Made by a program: the position numbers and the translations under genes. Positions 27,637-38,489 of a stretch of 64,000 nt of DNA are shown here, piece by piece. Every line of letters begins with the position of its first letter. Position 1 is the first letter of the stretch. A model generated the notes under the pieces. It had not been told where the DNA came from and did no database searches. It saw only the letters and a list, made by a program, of their open reading frames with translations. This DNA is from [Phormidium] sp. ETS-05 (GTDB taxonomy: Bacteria > Cyanobacteriota > Cyanobacteriia > Cyanobacteriales > Laspinemataceae): the NCBI RefSeq assembly GCF_016446395.1, contig NZ_CP051168.1:3685579-3749578 (forward strand), given 5' to 3'.

Positions 27637-28425
27637 TTAAAAACGGCTGCCCATTAATCGCTGACGTACTCCTTCCGCAATTTTTTGTCCCAAATACTCT
27701 GGAATCAAACTCTCATTAGGACCGAGTAAATACAGGATTAAACGGGTACGTCCTCGCCATACCAGCAAATTGGCATTCACCACCAGCAGGTCTTCTTGCC
27801 AAATGGCGTACATCACCTTATAAAATAATCCCGGTTGGTTATCCGCCTCAATCAGCAACGCTGGCAGGTGAAATACTGGATCGACATAAAACTCCGTTTC
27901 CACATCTTCCAAACCAGCGTCCAGGTTGAACTCCACGGCGAGCATCTCTTCAACTTCAAAGTGTCCCGCCAACGCTTCCCGAATTGCCCTGCCCACATTA
28001 TCTGCGGTTTTTTCCGTCAGTGGTTTTCCGCCCCGGGACACCACCAGTTTAATAAACACCAGCATCGGCGGGTAAATTTGGCCGTACAAGCTCAAATTGT
28101 GGATCGTCAGCCCATAGGCGGCCAGGACCCCGAAAATATCGCTGAGCAAGAATGACTGGTTGCGGTAGGCAAAATTGAGAACACTTTTATTACCTTCCGG
28201 TTTCAGCTCGATCATTGCTTGCCGGGTTTTGTATAGCTGGTAAGCCAGTTTCAGGTTTTGGAGCTGAATCTCACTACTGACAAATTGCTCGTAAAATTGT
28301 GGGAACGCTCGGTTAAAGCGTTTCAGGAGATCTACGGTAGATGATTTTAAACCCGGTGCCGGTGCCATAATTGGGGATAACTCGCGATAGCTTCGCTGAC
28401 CTAAAGGTTCGCGGTGGCGCATCAA
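27637..28425 (-). CDS. hypothetical protein with two ACT-like ligand-binding domains
   Basis: DIFGVLAAYGLTIHNLSLYG and GLFYKVMYAIWQEDLLVVNANL show ACT-type beta-alpha-beta-beta-alpha-beta patterns. The start is uncertain (perhaps MAPAPGLK). Confidence 0.35.
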   Translation of the reverse strand: MMRHREPLGQRSYRELSPIMAPAPGLKSSTVDLLKRFNRAFPQFYEQFVSSEIQLQNLKLAYQLYKTRQAMIELKPEGNKSVLNFAYRNQSFLLSDIFGVLAAYGLTIHNLSLYGQIYPPMLVFIKLVVSRGGKPLTEKTADNVGRAIREALAGHFEVEEMLAVEFNLDAGLEDVETEFYVDPVFHLPALLIEADNQPGLFYKVMYAIWQEDLLVVNANLLVWRGRTRLILYLLGPNESLIPEYLGQKIAEGVRQRLMGSRF

Positions 28426-29953
28426 TCAATCAATCTAGCTGCCACAGTGTGGCCTTTACCTACCACCCTCCCCTGTGGCTGGTATTGCCCAGTTGGGTTA
28501 GGCGCAGGCGAGGGGTTTTTCATGGCTGCAATTTTCATCGGAAAAATTTTTTACTGGCAGCCACAGACGGGGACGCCTGTGGCTAAGGGCAACCCAGCCG
28601 TCACAATCATCTTGAATATACTGTACAATCAGCACCTATAGTGCTAAGTGTACTGTCCCTGTTGGGATGAACTCTGCCCCAACATACAGTCTGTTTCGCC
28701 GCGACTGCCCACCGGGCGGCGGGGAAAAGCACTTCGCTGCATTTACAGACCCATCAGGCGGCTCCAGTTTGGGGCGCTTTGAGAGCAAACGGTTACAGCC
28801 ATCCTGTTACTACCGCCAGCCACGGGCAAAAGCGATTAGCCTTTTGGATGACCTAAATTGTACCACAACCACACCCTCTCCCCTGCCCTTAGTTTTTGGG
28901 GTCCAGAACAGATCTAGCCGGAAAATCACCCCCTATCTCTGCCTATAGCCAAATTATTGCCTCATCTCCTCCTAGCTCCCTGACAATTTAGTAATTTTTC
29001 CCGGTCACTATTGACGGCTAATTAATCGTCATCATCATGGGATTTTTTGCCACAAAATTTGGAGATAAAGTTGGTCATTCAACTAAGCTGTAAATAATTA
29101 TTGCATTTTTTACCTGGTACTTGGATACCCCGCGCAACAAATTTTAAAAAAAATTTGGCGGCTTTTAGAGCATAATATTGGCCGTACTTCTTATCCCATT
29201 GTAGCCATAGGGAGTTGTCGCCCGATGGATCTGCCCCCATTTCCACTATCTTACCCCCGCTTCCCACCCCTCTTTTGTCGCCACCCATCTCCCCAGACGA
29301 GTAATGGTGCTACAATTGCTCATTTGACAGGCTCTGAAAATGCTTTCCACTTTCTCTGGGGATGCCTCTGTTTGCTAAGCTGGTTTCCAGTTGACAATTC
29401 GCTATCGGAGATTTTAGATGCAGATATCTCCCGGGCTGCTTTGTGATGGTAGCTTGGTCTGGGCTCACTTGAGGGAGCGCCTCGGCGCGATCGTTCTGTG
29501 TTTCCGGTTTACTGTCCAGTCGGCAAACCATAGCCAAATGACTTCCCTGATTGCCAGCGCGGGACCTCACAGCCATTGGCTGAGACTGCCCTCGGAACTG
29601 GTGGGAGGCATTAGATTTACCAATCACCTTACCACCATTTCCAATGCTTCGCCCCCTTGGTGGTTCGGTTTTAGCCCGCCAGCGATATAATTGCATAGTT
29701 ACAACCGGCAACGAATCGAGAGAGAGAAGATTAGCGTCAACAAATCATAGACAGAACCATGCTAAGAAATCGTGACAAACACACAACCGCGTCATCCGAG
29801 GGTAGAAGCCTCTAGCCTTCAGGCGAATGGCGGTTTGGGGCTTACCCCTGTTGGAGATTTCGCCACGGGTAAACTCCAGTAAGATATTCAGGTAAGGCTT
29901 TCGGGGTTCAATTAGGTGTTGTTTTAGCTTTAGCAAAGAGGTGGAGGATTTCT

Positions 29954-30481
29954 GTGGGTTTTTGGAAGAACTTTTTTAGCAGTTCTGAAACTGCTTACGA
30001 GTACGAGCAAATGGCGATCGAACCCGATCCCCTGAATGGGTCTGGGGGAAAATTTGGGGAAAGCGTTCAGATTTACTTCAGCACTGACAGAGAGCTAGAT
30101 TTGTACGAACTTGAGGAACTCTGCGATGCGGTAGGTTGGTCGAGACGCCCATTGAGGAAAGTCAGGAAAGCCATTCAGCACAGCTTTTTGGTAGTGTCTA
30201 TGTGGGCCGTGCGGGGGAAGCAGCGACGCTTGATTGGTTTTTCCCGTGCTACTTCCGACCATGCCTTTAACGCCACAATCTGGGATGTGGTAGTACATCC
30301 AGATTACCAAGGAAAAGGGATGGGCAAAGCCCTAATGAATTACACGATTGAGAAGCTGCGCAAAGAGGATATCAGCAATATCACTCTGTTCGCTGACCCC
30401 CATGTGGTGGATTTTTACCGCTTGTTAGGTTTTATGCCAGATCCGGAGGGAATTAAGGGAATGTTTTGGTATCCAAACTGA
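29954..30481 (+). CDS. GNAT family N-acetyltransferase
   Basis: Acetyl-CoA-binding motif [23 protein letters not shown] start following a gaggtggagga RBS. Confidence 0.8.
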   Translation: MGFWKNFFSSSETAYEYEQMAIEPDPLNGSGGKFGESVQIYFSTDRELDLYELEELCDAVGWSRRPLRKVRKAIQHSFLVVSMWAVRGKQRRLIGFSRATSDHAFNATIWDVVVHPDYQGKGMGKALMNYTIEKLRKEDISNITLFADPHVVDFYRLLGFMPDPEGIKGMFWYPN

Positions 30482-30753
30482 GGAATGCTGGCAGGGGGTA
30501 ACAATAGAGATAGAGCGTCAAAAGAAAAATTTGCATTCACTGCCTCTTCCTTGACCATAAACCCCCTGGATTTTTTATGCCCTAGTTAATAGCGTTAAAT
30601 ATAGATGATTATGTCGATGATTTGAGTAAAAATTATGGATAGTTTAGACAATTATTAAATGATGAGCAAATAAAATTTATGCTAATCTGATAAGAAGAAT
30701 CAGATTGATTGTTGAATCAGCCAAAAGTTCCTATCAAAATAGACATTTTAGTT

Positions 30754-32870
30754 ATGACTAATCGCCTTGCCACAGCCCAAAGCCTCTACCTGCGCAAACA
30801 CGCACTAAACCCGATCGATTGGTACTCATGGAGCGATGAAGCCATAGAAACTGCCCGCCGAGAAAACAAACCGATATTCTTATCTATCGGTTATTCTAGC
30901 TGCCACTGGTGTACGGTTATGGAAGGGGAAGCCTTTTCTAACGAGTCGATCGCCCAGTACATGAATGCCAACTTCATCCCCATCAAAGTCGATCGGGAAG
31001 AAAGACCGGATTTAGACAGCATTTATATGCAGTCCCTGCAATTGATGACCGGTCAGGGTGGCTGGCCCCTAAATGTTTTCCTCTCCCCCGATGACCTCGT
31101 ACCTTTTTACGGCGGCACATATTTTCCCGTAGAGCCGCGTTATGGGCGTCCCGGCTTCTTACAACTGCTGCAAGCAATTCGCCGCTATTACGATGGGGAA
31201 AAAGGCAAGTTGCAAGCCTTTAAAGAAGAAATACTGGAATACTTGCACCAGGGAGCCGCTGTAGCTAAGGCGGAAGAGGTGGGGGCGACAAAAGATTTAC
31301 TGTGGCGGGGTTTGAATGTCAATACGGGAATAATTGCCCGCCAGACTCCCGGTCAGAGCTTCCCGATGATTCCCTATGCTCAATTGGTCCTCCAAGGTAG
31401 CCGATTAAACTTTGAGTCCAAATATGACTTGAAGCAAGCCAGCACCCAAAGGGGATTAGATTTGGCTACTGGTGGAATTTATGACCATGTGGGGGGAGGG
31501 TTTCACCGCTACACTGTCGACCCCACCTGGACGGTGCCTCACTTTGAAAAAATGCTCTATGACAATGGTCAAATTGTGGAGTATTTGGCGCAACTGTGGG
31601 GCACAGGGGTGCAAGAACCAGCGTTCGATCGGGCGATCGCTCTCACCGTCCAATGGCTCGAGCGAGAGATGACCGCACCATCCGGTTACTTCTACGCGGC
31701 TCAAGATGCGGACAGCTTCACCACTCCCGAAGCAGTGGAACCAGAAGAAGGGCACTTTTACGTCTGGACCCACACCGAACTAGAAGCCATCCTCACCCCG
31801 GAAGAGCTAAAAGCACTCCAAGAGGATTTTACTGTGACATCAGAGGGGAATTTTGAGAGCAGCAATGTCCTGCAGCGCCGGTCTACCTACCGCTTTCCCC
31901 CACCACAGAAGCGGCATTGACGAAAATGTTTCGGGTCCGCTACGGTATAGAACCAGAGGCAGGTGCTGTATTTCCCCCGGCTCGGAATAACCAGGAAGCC
32001 AAAACCGACAAATGGCCGGGACGAATTCCGCCGGTGACGGATACCAAGGCGATCGTCGCTTGGAATGCACTAATGATTTCCGGTTTGGCAAAAGCCGCCA
32101 GCGTTTTTAGTCGCCCCTCCTACCTAAAACTCGCCCTCCGAGCCGCCGACTTTATCTTAGAAAATCAGTGGGTAGATGGGCGAATGCACCGGCTCAACTA
32201 TGATGGTGTGCCAGCAGTACCGGGACAAGCGGAAGATTACTCCTTACTCATCAAAGCTCTCCTAGACTTGCACCAAGCCAGCTTGTCATTTCTGCACAAC
32301 CAATCAGATACTCTTGAGAATTCATCTCCATCCAAATGGTTAGAGCAAGCGGTGAAAGTGCAGGCAGAGTTTGACCAACACCTTTGGAGCGACGAGCTGG
32401 GGGGATATTTTAACACAGCCAAAGATAGTAGCAGCAGCGTGGGAGGATTGCCCCTACTGGTGCGGGAGCGCAGCTACACCGACAGTGCCATCCCCGCACC
32501 CAATGGGGTAGCAGCTACCAACCTGATGCGTTTAGCTTTACTCACGGAAAATCTGGAATATCTCGATCGGGCTTCTGCCACTTTGCAGGCTTTTCGCAGC
32601 ATTATGGAAGCCAGCCCCACCGCTTGTCCCACTTTATTTTCCGCCCTAGACTGGTATCAACATTGCACTTTAATTCGCACCAACCCAGACTTACTCGCAT
32701 CCCTGAGCGGGCAGTATTTGCCCACCGCTGTTTGTCAAAAAGCCGACGAACTGCCACCAGGAGCCGTGGGGTTAGTCTGCGAGGGACTTAGTTGCAAAGA
32801 ACCCGCCACCACTACAGAGCAGCTATTAGAACAGGTGTTAAATTATCAAACTAGGGAAGTTGATAATTGA
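30754..32870 (+). pseudogene. thioredoxin-domain protein of the YyaL/DUF255 family (N-terminal thioredoxin-like domain plus C-terminal six-hairpin glycosidase-like domain), split by a frameshift near 31882-31887
   Basis: ORF 30709-31920 carries the DUF255 block (WYSWSDEAIETARRENKPIFLSIGYSSCHWCTVMEGEAF). ORF 31917-32870 carries the downstream WNALMISGLAKAA block. The downstream frame is already open from 31857 (..VYLPLSPTTEAALTKMF..), so the two halves join if one base is inserted in gtctacctacc. Confidence 0.7.
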
Positions 32871-32940
32871 TAATTGATAATTGATAATTGATAATTGATA
32901 ATTGATAATTGTCAATTGTCAATTGTCAATTATCACCCCA
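32865..32940. repeat. heptamer array GATAATT x7 followed by GTCAATT x3
   Basis: gataattgataattgataattgataattgataattgataattgtcaattgtcaattgtcaattatc. Confidence 0.9.
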
Positions 32941-35278
32941 TCCCCTTGGGTTGGAGGGCAGCTTTGGGATAGGCAATGCGCTTGTGATGGAATTGTTGCC
33001 AGACGCGGACGAAAATTTCAGCAATTTTGGGCATTTCTTCCCGCTTCAGACCGGAATCAACGAGCTGATTGTCTTGCCAGCGAGCCCGGAGAATTTTATT
33101 AACCATATTGAGAGCTTCTTCAGGGGTGGCGTCTTGGAGACTGCGCAAAGCCGCTTCACAGGAATCAGCCAGCATCAGGATTGCCGTTTCCCGGGACTGA
33201 GGAATCGGGCCATCGTAGCGAAAATCCGACTCTTGCACCGGAGGCAGATTTAATTCGGCAGCGCGCTGCTGGGCTTGATGGTAGAAATAAGAAATCAGCA
33301 TCGTGCCCTGGTGTTCGGGGATAAATGCTTGAATTGCTTTCGGTAGGCGGCATTTTTTCGCCATTACCAGCCCTTCGGTGACGTGCTTTTTGATAATCTC
33401 GGCACTTTTGTAGGGGTCGTTAATTTCATCATGCTTGTTTGGTCCGCCCATCTGATTTTCGATAAAACCTAGGGGGTCGTGCATTTTGCCGATATCGTGG
33501 TATAGGGTGCCTGCTCGCACCAGTTCCACATTGCAACCGAGTTCTTTTGCCGCAGCTTCGGCGAGAGTGGCGACAAAGAGGGTGTGCTGGAATGTGCCCG
33601 GAGCTTCGGCAGCGAGCCGCTTCAGGGTGGGGCGATTTGGGTTAGAAAGTTCGGCGAGGCGCACCGGAGTAATTAAATCAAAGAGTTGTTCTAGATAGGG
33701 GCTAATTCCCAAAGCGATGACGCTCCAAGCTAAACCGGCTAAGCTCTGCAATGCTGCTGCTGCTAAGACGGCGTACCAGACGGAACCGGCGGTGGCGCTG
33801 AGAATAAAACTACCCACTAAGTGGACGACGCCTTGAGTCAGTCCTACCCCTAAGCCTAAAAATGCCAGTTCCTCGCGAGCCCGGGTTCGACCGGCGATCG
33901 CGCCGCCGACCAACCCCCCAGCCGCACTGGCGACAATATGCGTCACTTCGATATCCAAGCCGAGAGGCAGCAGTAGGGTGAGCAATGCCACCACCGTGGT
34001 TCCCAAGCCAGAGCCATAAAAGCTGCCCACCAACAAGCCGATCGCAGGCAAGCTAGTCCAAGGCACAGAAAGAGCCACCAGCAGGGGTGTACTGGTACTC
34101 AGAAGCAAAATCAGCAAATGGTCTCGCCGCCGGAGCCAATAGCGTCCCCGGTGGGGATTACAGAACCGCCGCTCCGCCAGCCAAAATATCCCCACAGCCA
34201 CAGATACACTGACTCCGAGCCCCAAAAGTCCTGTCCAGTTAACCCCCCGCTTACTCAAACCGAAATGGTCTAACAGCACAAAATCAGCTTGAGTAATCAC
34301 CTCCCCCTCACTGACGATTACTTCCCCCGCCTTAATCCGGATTTTGACGGTTTCCACCGCTTCGGCAGCTTGTTCGGCGCGAATCCGAGTAGCTTCGGGG
34401 TCTGGAGTGAGGTTGGGCTGGTCTAGAACTTCCAAGAGAATCTGAACCGCGATCGTCTGGGTTGATTCCGGTACTAAGGCTCGGACGTGAGCATTAATCG
34501 TGTTTTCCTGAATCTGTTTGGGCACTCCCGGCGCGATCCCCTGAATTCTGATCAGGGATGCAGCTTTCTCAATACCCTTCTTAGTGGCGGACCAATCCGC
34601 ATCAGATATATCGAGAAAGCTGGCTTGGTAGATGGTGGCTTGCTCGCTCGTCAAGAGGAGTTCCATCGCTTGCCCGTAGGCATTGCGGGCAGCAGTAATT
34701 TCATTAATCAGAGCCAATAGTTTTGCCGAGTTAGTTCTGGCGCGGTAGGCGCGCAGCTCTCGCTCGGCCTCCTGACCCGCCGCACCTAAAGGCTTATTTT
34801 GCCACACCCATTGCATCAAGACGGGCAGAGCCGAGCTGGCATCTGGGGTGGTTTTGGGGGCGGTATTTGGGGGTAGTTTTTCATTCTTAGCAGCCAGCAC
34901 TGCCAGCCATTCCCACGGGTGGGCGCGGCGCAGGTAACGTTGAGTGCGCAGGGAAAGGATTTCTGTGGAGATAAAAGGAATTGAGCCAGCTTTCACCCGG
35001 AGACGATCGCCATAAGCTAACAACCGCTGTAGTTCTTTTTCCATCAAGTCATTAACAGCATTATCCATCATCAGCATCGGTACAGCGCCGACGCGAGCCG
35101 CTTGGCGATTTTCTTCCGTGGTTTTTTCATCCCTGACTTCGGCTTCTTCTGGGGCGTGGATAGTAGCTGGAGCCCTTGTTCCCACATTTAATTGTGGTTG
35201 GTTGTAGAAGCGATTGCCAATGGCAGCAGTGAGACAAACCACTACCACCACCAAAGACACCGGTGATGCTTTGCCCAC
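32933..35278 (-). CDS. 7TM receptor with intracellular HD hydrolase (7TMR-HD / PgpH-like HDIG phosphohydrolase)
   Basis: C-terminal HD domain (TFQHTLFVATLAEAAAKELG...LYHDIGKM...), seven predicted transmembrane helices in the middle, and a large N-terminal extracytoplasmic domain after the first helix VSLVVVVVCLTAAIG. The N-terminus is uncertain: the track ORF extends to 35692 through low-complexity TETTETTET. I chose the GTG at 35278, just upstream of the first helix. Confidence 0.7.
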   Translation of the reverse strand: MGKASPVSLVVVVVCLTAAIGNRFYNQPQLNVGTRAPATIHAPEEAEVRDEKTTEENRQAARVGAVPMLMMDNAVNDLMEKELQRLLAYGDRLRVKAGSIPFISTEILSLRTQRYLRRAHPWEWLAVLAAKNEKLPPNTAPKTTPDASSALPVLMQWVWQNKPLGAAGQEAERELRAYRARTNSAKLLALINEITAARNAYGQAMELLLTSEQATIYQASFLDISDADWSATKKGIEKAASLIRIQGIAPGVPKQIQENTINAHVRALVPESTQTIAVQILLEVLDQPNLTPDPEATRIRAEQAAEAVETVKIRIKAGEVIVSEGEVITQADFVLLDHFGLSKRGVNWTGLLGLGVSVSVAVGIFWLAERRFCNPHRGRYWLRRRDHLLILLLSTSTPLLVALSVPWTSLPAIGLLVGSFYGSGLGTTVVALLTLLLPLGLDIEVTHIVASAAGGLVGGAIAGRTRAREELAFLGLGVGLTQGVVHLVGSFILSATAGSVWYAVLAAAALQSLAGLAWSVIALGISPYLEQLFDLITPVRLAELSNPNRPTLKRLAAEAPGTFQHTLFVATLAEAAAKELGCNVELVRAGTLYHDIGKMHDPLGFIENQMGGPNKHDEINDPYKSAEIIKKHVTEGLVMAKKCRLPKAIQAFIPEHQGTMLISYFYHQAQQRAAELNLPPVQESDFRYDGPIPQSRETAILMLADSCEAALRSLQDATPEEALNMVNKILRARWQDNQLVDSGLKREEMPKIAEIFVRVWQQFHHKRIAYPKAALQPKGMG

Positions 35279-35580
35279 CCTGACAGTGGCACAGTTAGGA
35301 CCTTTCTGGCCTTTGGCGGGTTCAGGTGCATCCCCCCCTACCCCCCCGATCGTCGGGGAGGGGGATGCAGACCGATGGCTACGCCGACCCTGAGTGTCGG
35401 TTCTGGCGGAGGAAGATGGTTTCCTCACAATGCTCACCTCGGGAGTAGCCTGTCCCGTCAGCAAATTTTGCCCAGAAGGTTCGGCGGTTTGTGCGATGGC
35501 TACGCCGACCCTGAGTGTCGGGCGCCGAGATGTTGTCGGTTGACCATCAACGCCTAGAGGTGGAAGGAGGCGCCCTACGG

Positions 35581-35640
35581 TTGTTTCTGCTGTTTCTGTT
35601 GTTTCTGTTGTTTCTGTTGTTTCTGTTGTTTCTGTTTTTG
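35581..35640. repeat. 9-bp tandem repeat (TTGTTTCTG x6)
   Basis: ctgtttctgttgtttctgttgtttctgttgtttctgttgtttctg. A 27-bp direct repeat, GATGGCTACGCCGACCCTGAGTGTCGG, occurs at 35374-35400 and 35495-35521. Confidence 0.85.
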
Positions 35641-35814
35641 GGGGGCGCCGCCATTGTTCGAGCAGCTTTGCGAGCGACGGAATGGTTTTCATAGTGACAG
35701 CATTTCCAGACTTGTAGGCGCTCTCAGAGGCTGCGCCGGACTTAGGGTTGCGAAAGCCTCAAGCTACTATAGGCACTATTATAGAGGCACTGCTCCTTTG
35801 TGATTTGTGATCAG

Positions 35815-36846
35815 TCATTTGTCCCCGGGCACAAAGGACAAATGACTCATCACTTTTGACCAATCAGCGCGATCGATGTTTTGTCGATTCAAATCGTATA
35901 TGCCTGCCCAAGCAGCGAAAAGGCGAGAGGCTAATGGTAAGAAGGAGACTGAGGCGGTAGGAGGGGGAATAGGGGATATAGACAAAGGCATAAATGACAT
36001 AGAGGAATCAAGACATCCCCTGTGTCTTTGTGGTTCACACATTTGCCATGACATAGGGATACCAGCGATGCCGTTATAAGCGCCAGATAGGGCACCAGCG
36101 ATCGCCCCGGTTAGCTCCCTGTGGCTAGCAATACGCATCGGGCTAACCACGGACAAACCGAAATCCTCCGGGGTACTCAAGAAACAATAAAGCGCCAGAG
36201 CAAAAGCTCCATTGGGGCTTTGGGATCCTGGTCGTTCCCCCGAAAGCCCAGTTAATTCAGTTACGGCCATTTCCAGGCTGGCTTTTTCGGCCAATAAATC
36301 GGCTAATTTAGCCGCCGCCACTGGTGGCGCTCCATCTTGTCCCGCTGGTGGGGAACTGACTATTTTGGCCATTTTTTGGATATTGACGATCGCAATAGCT
36401 GGCTGCAGTTTTTCTTGCAGAGATTGAGCGATCGCATAGCCGAATGCCCACAGTTCCCATGAACATCCTCCTAGGGGCGACAACAGGGAACTCGCCTGCC
36501 ATAAGTGTTCTGGCCAAATCAAATCTTCTTCGTGGTAGAACAGCACCAAGGGCAGTATCGCCATTAGTGCTGCTACCGGGGTTAATTCTGCCTCCCCCCT
36601 AGTAGCGTCTGGCTGCCAAGCCATCACACAGCTTTGATGCCAATCTTCCACATCAAAACCGCCGCAGCGAATCAAACTTTCAGCACTGGCTGCCGCCATT
36701 CCTGCCCATGAGGAATGGCGGCTAAGTTCGAGGTTTAGGCGACTATGGCCAACTCTCCCTGGTGGGGGAGCTGAAGCTCCCTGGTTCGCTCCTAGAGCAG
36801 CTCCAAGCAGAGCGCCCCTAAATCGGCTTAAAAGAGAATAGCGCAT
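35815..36846 (-). CDS. ADP-ribosylglycohydrolase family protein (ARH/DraG-like)
   Basis: N-terminal SRFRGALLGAALG, and C-terminal ...LALYCFLSTPEDF...TGAIAGALSGAYNGIAGIPMSW, typical of the ADP-ribosylglycohydrolase fold. The last codons run into an STRR repeat. Confidence 0.55.
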   Translation of the reverse strand: MRYSLLSRFRGALLGAALGANQGASAPPPGRVGHSRLNLELSRHSSWAGMAAASAESLIRCGGFDVEDWHQSCVMAWQPDATRGEAELTPVAALMAILPLVLFYHEEDLIWPEHLWQASSLLSPLGGCSWELWAFGYAIAQSLQEKLQPAIAIVNIQKMAKIVSSPPAGQDGAPPVAAAKLADLLAEKASLEMAVTELTGLSGERPGSQSPNGAFALALYCFLSTPEDFGLSVVSPMRIASHRELTGAIAGALSGAYNGIAGIPMSWQMCEPQRHRGCLDSSMSFMPLSISPIPPPTASVSFLPLASRLFAAWAGIYDLNRQNIDRADWSKVMSHLSFVPGDK

Positions 36847-37009
36847 ACTCTACATCTTAGCACTACCTTCCCCTAGCTCGCCCATCAAGAGCCGCTCAAA
36901 CCCCAATTCCCCAACCCCCATCCAGATTTGGGTTTATTTCTCGCTATCTCCAGATTATTCTTTAGTTATTAATCATCTTTTCTTGAAAATTTGCCCCTAT
37001 TGATGACAA

Positions 37010-37180
37010 CAATTGTTGTCAATTTATAGATAATATTGGTCAAAAGTCCTTGGTCAAAAGTCCTTGATTAAAAGTCCTTGGTCAAAAGTCCTTCTGCCTT
37101 GGGACTGCAGGACAAGGGACTAAGGACAAGTGACTAAGAACTTGGGACTTAGGACTTGGGACTAATGACCAATGACAAAA
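37010..37180. repeat. 14-bp tandem repeat GGTCAAAAGTCCTT x4 followed by GGGACTA/GGACTTG heptamer arrays
   Basis: ggtcaaaagtccttggtcaaaagtccttgattaaaagtccttggtcaaaagtcctt... Confidence 0.85.
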
Positions 37181-37184
37181 TTGG

Positions 37185-37706
37185 TTAATGTATTTTCGCT
37201 TCCAAGGATTTGAGGAATTCGGTATTGACCCCGGATTCGCGAGTTAGAGCAATTTTGCCAGTTCGGGCAATTTCTCTAATGCCGAATTTGTTCAAACTCT
37301 GGACGATGGCTACCATTTTACCAGGGTCGCCCACCACTTCGAGCGTCAGGGAATCCTCCCCCACATCCACCACTCGCGCCCGGAAAATCTGAGCAATTTC
37401 GATAATTTCCGATCGGGTAGAGCTGCTGGCATTGACTTTCATCAGCATCAATTCCCGTTCCACACAGGGAATATCGGTAATATCTTGAACTTTGAGAACA
37501 TTAATCAACTTATAGAGTTGTTTTGTGAGCTGCTCGATCGCCCGCTCATCACCAGGAACTACCATCGTAATCCGGGAAATGCCCAATTGCTCGGCTGGTC
37601 CCACCGCCAGACTTTCAATGTTAAAACCCCTACGGGCAAACAAACCGGCAATTCGGGTGAGAACTCCCGCTTCATCTTCTACCAAAACTGAAAGAGTGTG
37701 TTTCAT
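37185..37706 (-). CDS. ilvH: acetolactate synthase small (regulatory) subunit
   Basis: [36 protein letters not shown] is an ACT domain, followed by the C-terminal ALS_ss_C region. Start at MKH, encoded by cat at 37704-37706. Confidence 0.9.
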   Translation of the reverse strand: MKHTLSVLVEDEAGVLTRIAGLFARRGFNIESLAVGPAEQLGISRITMVVPGDERAIEQLTKQLYKLINVLKVQDITDIPCVERELMLMKVNASSSTRSEIIEIAQIFRARVVDVGEDSLTLEVVGDPGKMVAIVQSLNKFGIREIARTGKIALTRESGVNTEFLKSLEAKIH

Positions 37707-38083
37707 AGCTGATGTCCTTTGTCCAGAGGTCATTTGTCCGGCGAGTCCTTTGTCATTTTTCCAAAATCTTTGGCTCAGCAGAAACCGGGTTTCTTAACCA
37801 GGTATGGGCTATGATGCAGAAGCGAATGCTATGCTTCGCAGACCGATCGGTTAGGAGCCAGGTCCAGGTTTTTCCTCCAAAGGACAAGGGACTAGGGACA
37901 AATGACCATGATAAATTTTTCGCGCTTATGTATTGGCCAGCCCGATCCCTCTACCAGAGGCGAGGGGACTGTTGGCCAACTCCGGCACCAAGCCGGATGA
38001 GTCGATATACTAAAAATCTTATCCCCCAATTGGCAGGCAAAAGGGATTTTTAAGAATATTATTAGATAGACTGGCGAGCCATC

Positions 38084-38485
38084 TTGCCAGAAGCCTGCCA
38101 AGTCCAAATGGAGACTAAGCCTATGGGTATTACCAGTTTTTTGAAAAGAATGTTTGGGGCGGAACCCCCGGACGTGAGTCAACAAACCGTAATTGAGAAT
38201 TTCACTGTACCAGCGGCTCCCCAAGAACAAGGCATCCCGGCGGAACGGCTGGGTTTGAACGGAGAGTATGACCAAAGTGGACTAGCAAAGCGGGTGGCCC
38301 TTGCCTTCGACCAAGATCCAGATACCGATGATTTTGAACGGTTGTGGGTGGCTCAGACGGGCGGCACCGTGGTCCTCAAAGGCGAAGTCCCCACTCAGGC
38401 AGATTTAGATAAGCTGGTGGCGATCGCCCGTGGGGTTTATGGCGCCACCGATGTCAACGCCGAGCAAGTTAGCATTACTGGTTAA
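38084..38485 (+). CDS. BON-domain protein (OsmY-like), hypothetical
   Basis: C-terminal GGTVVLKGEVPTQADLDKLVAIARGVYGATDVNAEQVSI matches the BON domain pattern. The start may be the internal MGITSFLKRMFG. Confidence 0.45.
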   Translation: MPEACQVQMETKPMGITSFLKRMFGAEPPDVSQQTVIENFTVPAAPQEQGIPAERLGLNGEYDQSGLAKRVALAFDQDPDTDDFERLWVAQTGGTVVLKGEVPTQADLDKLVAIARGVYGATDVNAEQVSITG

Positions 38486-38489
38486 GTTT

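Noticed and set aside
29310-29711. 133-aa minus-strand ORF in the coding gap.
   Set aside because: Arg/Gly-rich, no motif, and it overlaps other equally weak ORFs. Likely non-coding.
28430-29950. Looked for RNase P RNA (GGAAAGUCCGGGCUCC, ACAGAACCCGGCUUA), tmRNA ends and 4.5S RNA domain IV in the 1.5-kb coding gap and around 40240.
   Set aside because: No convincing match to any of these hallmark motifs by eye. Left as an unexplained gap rather than an RNA-gene call.
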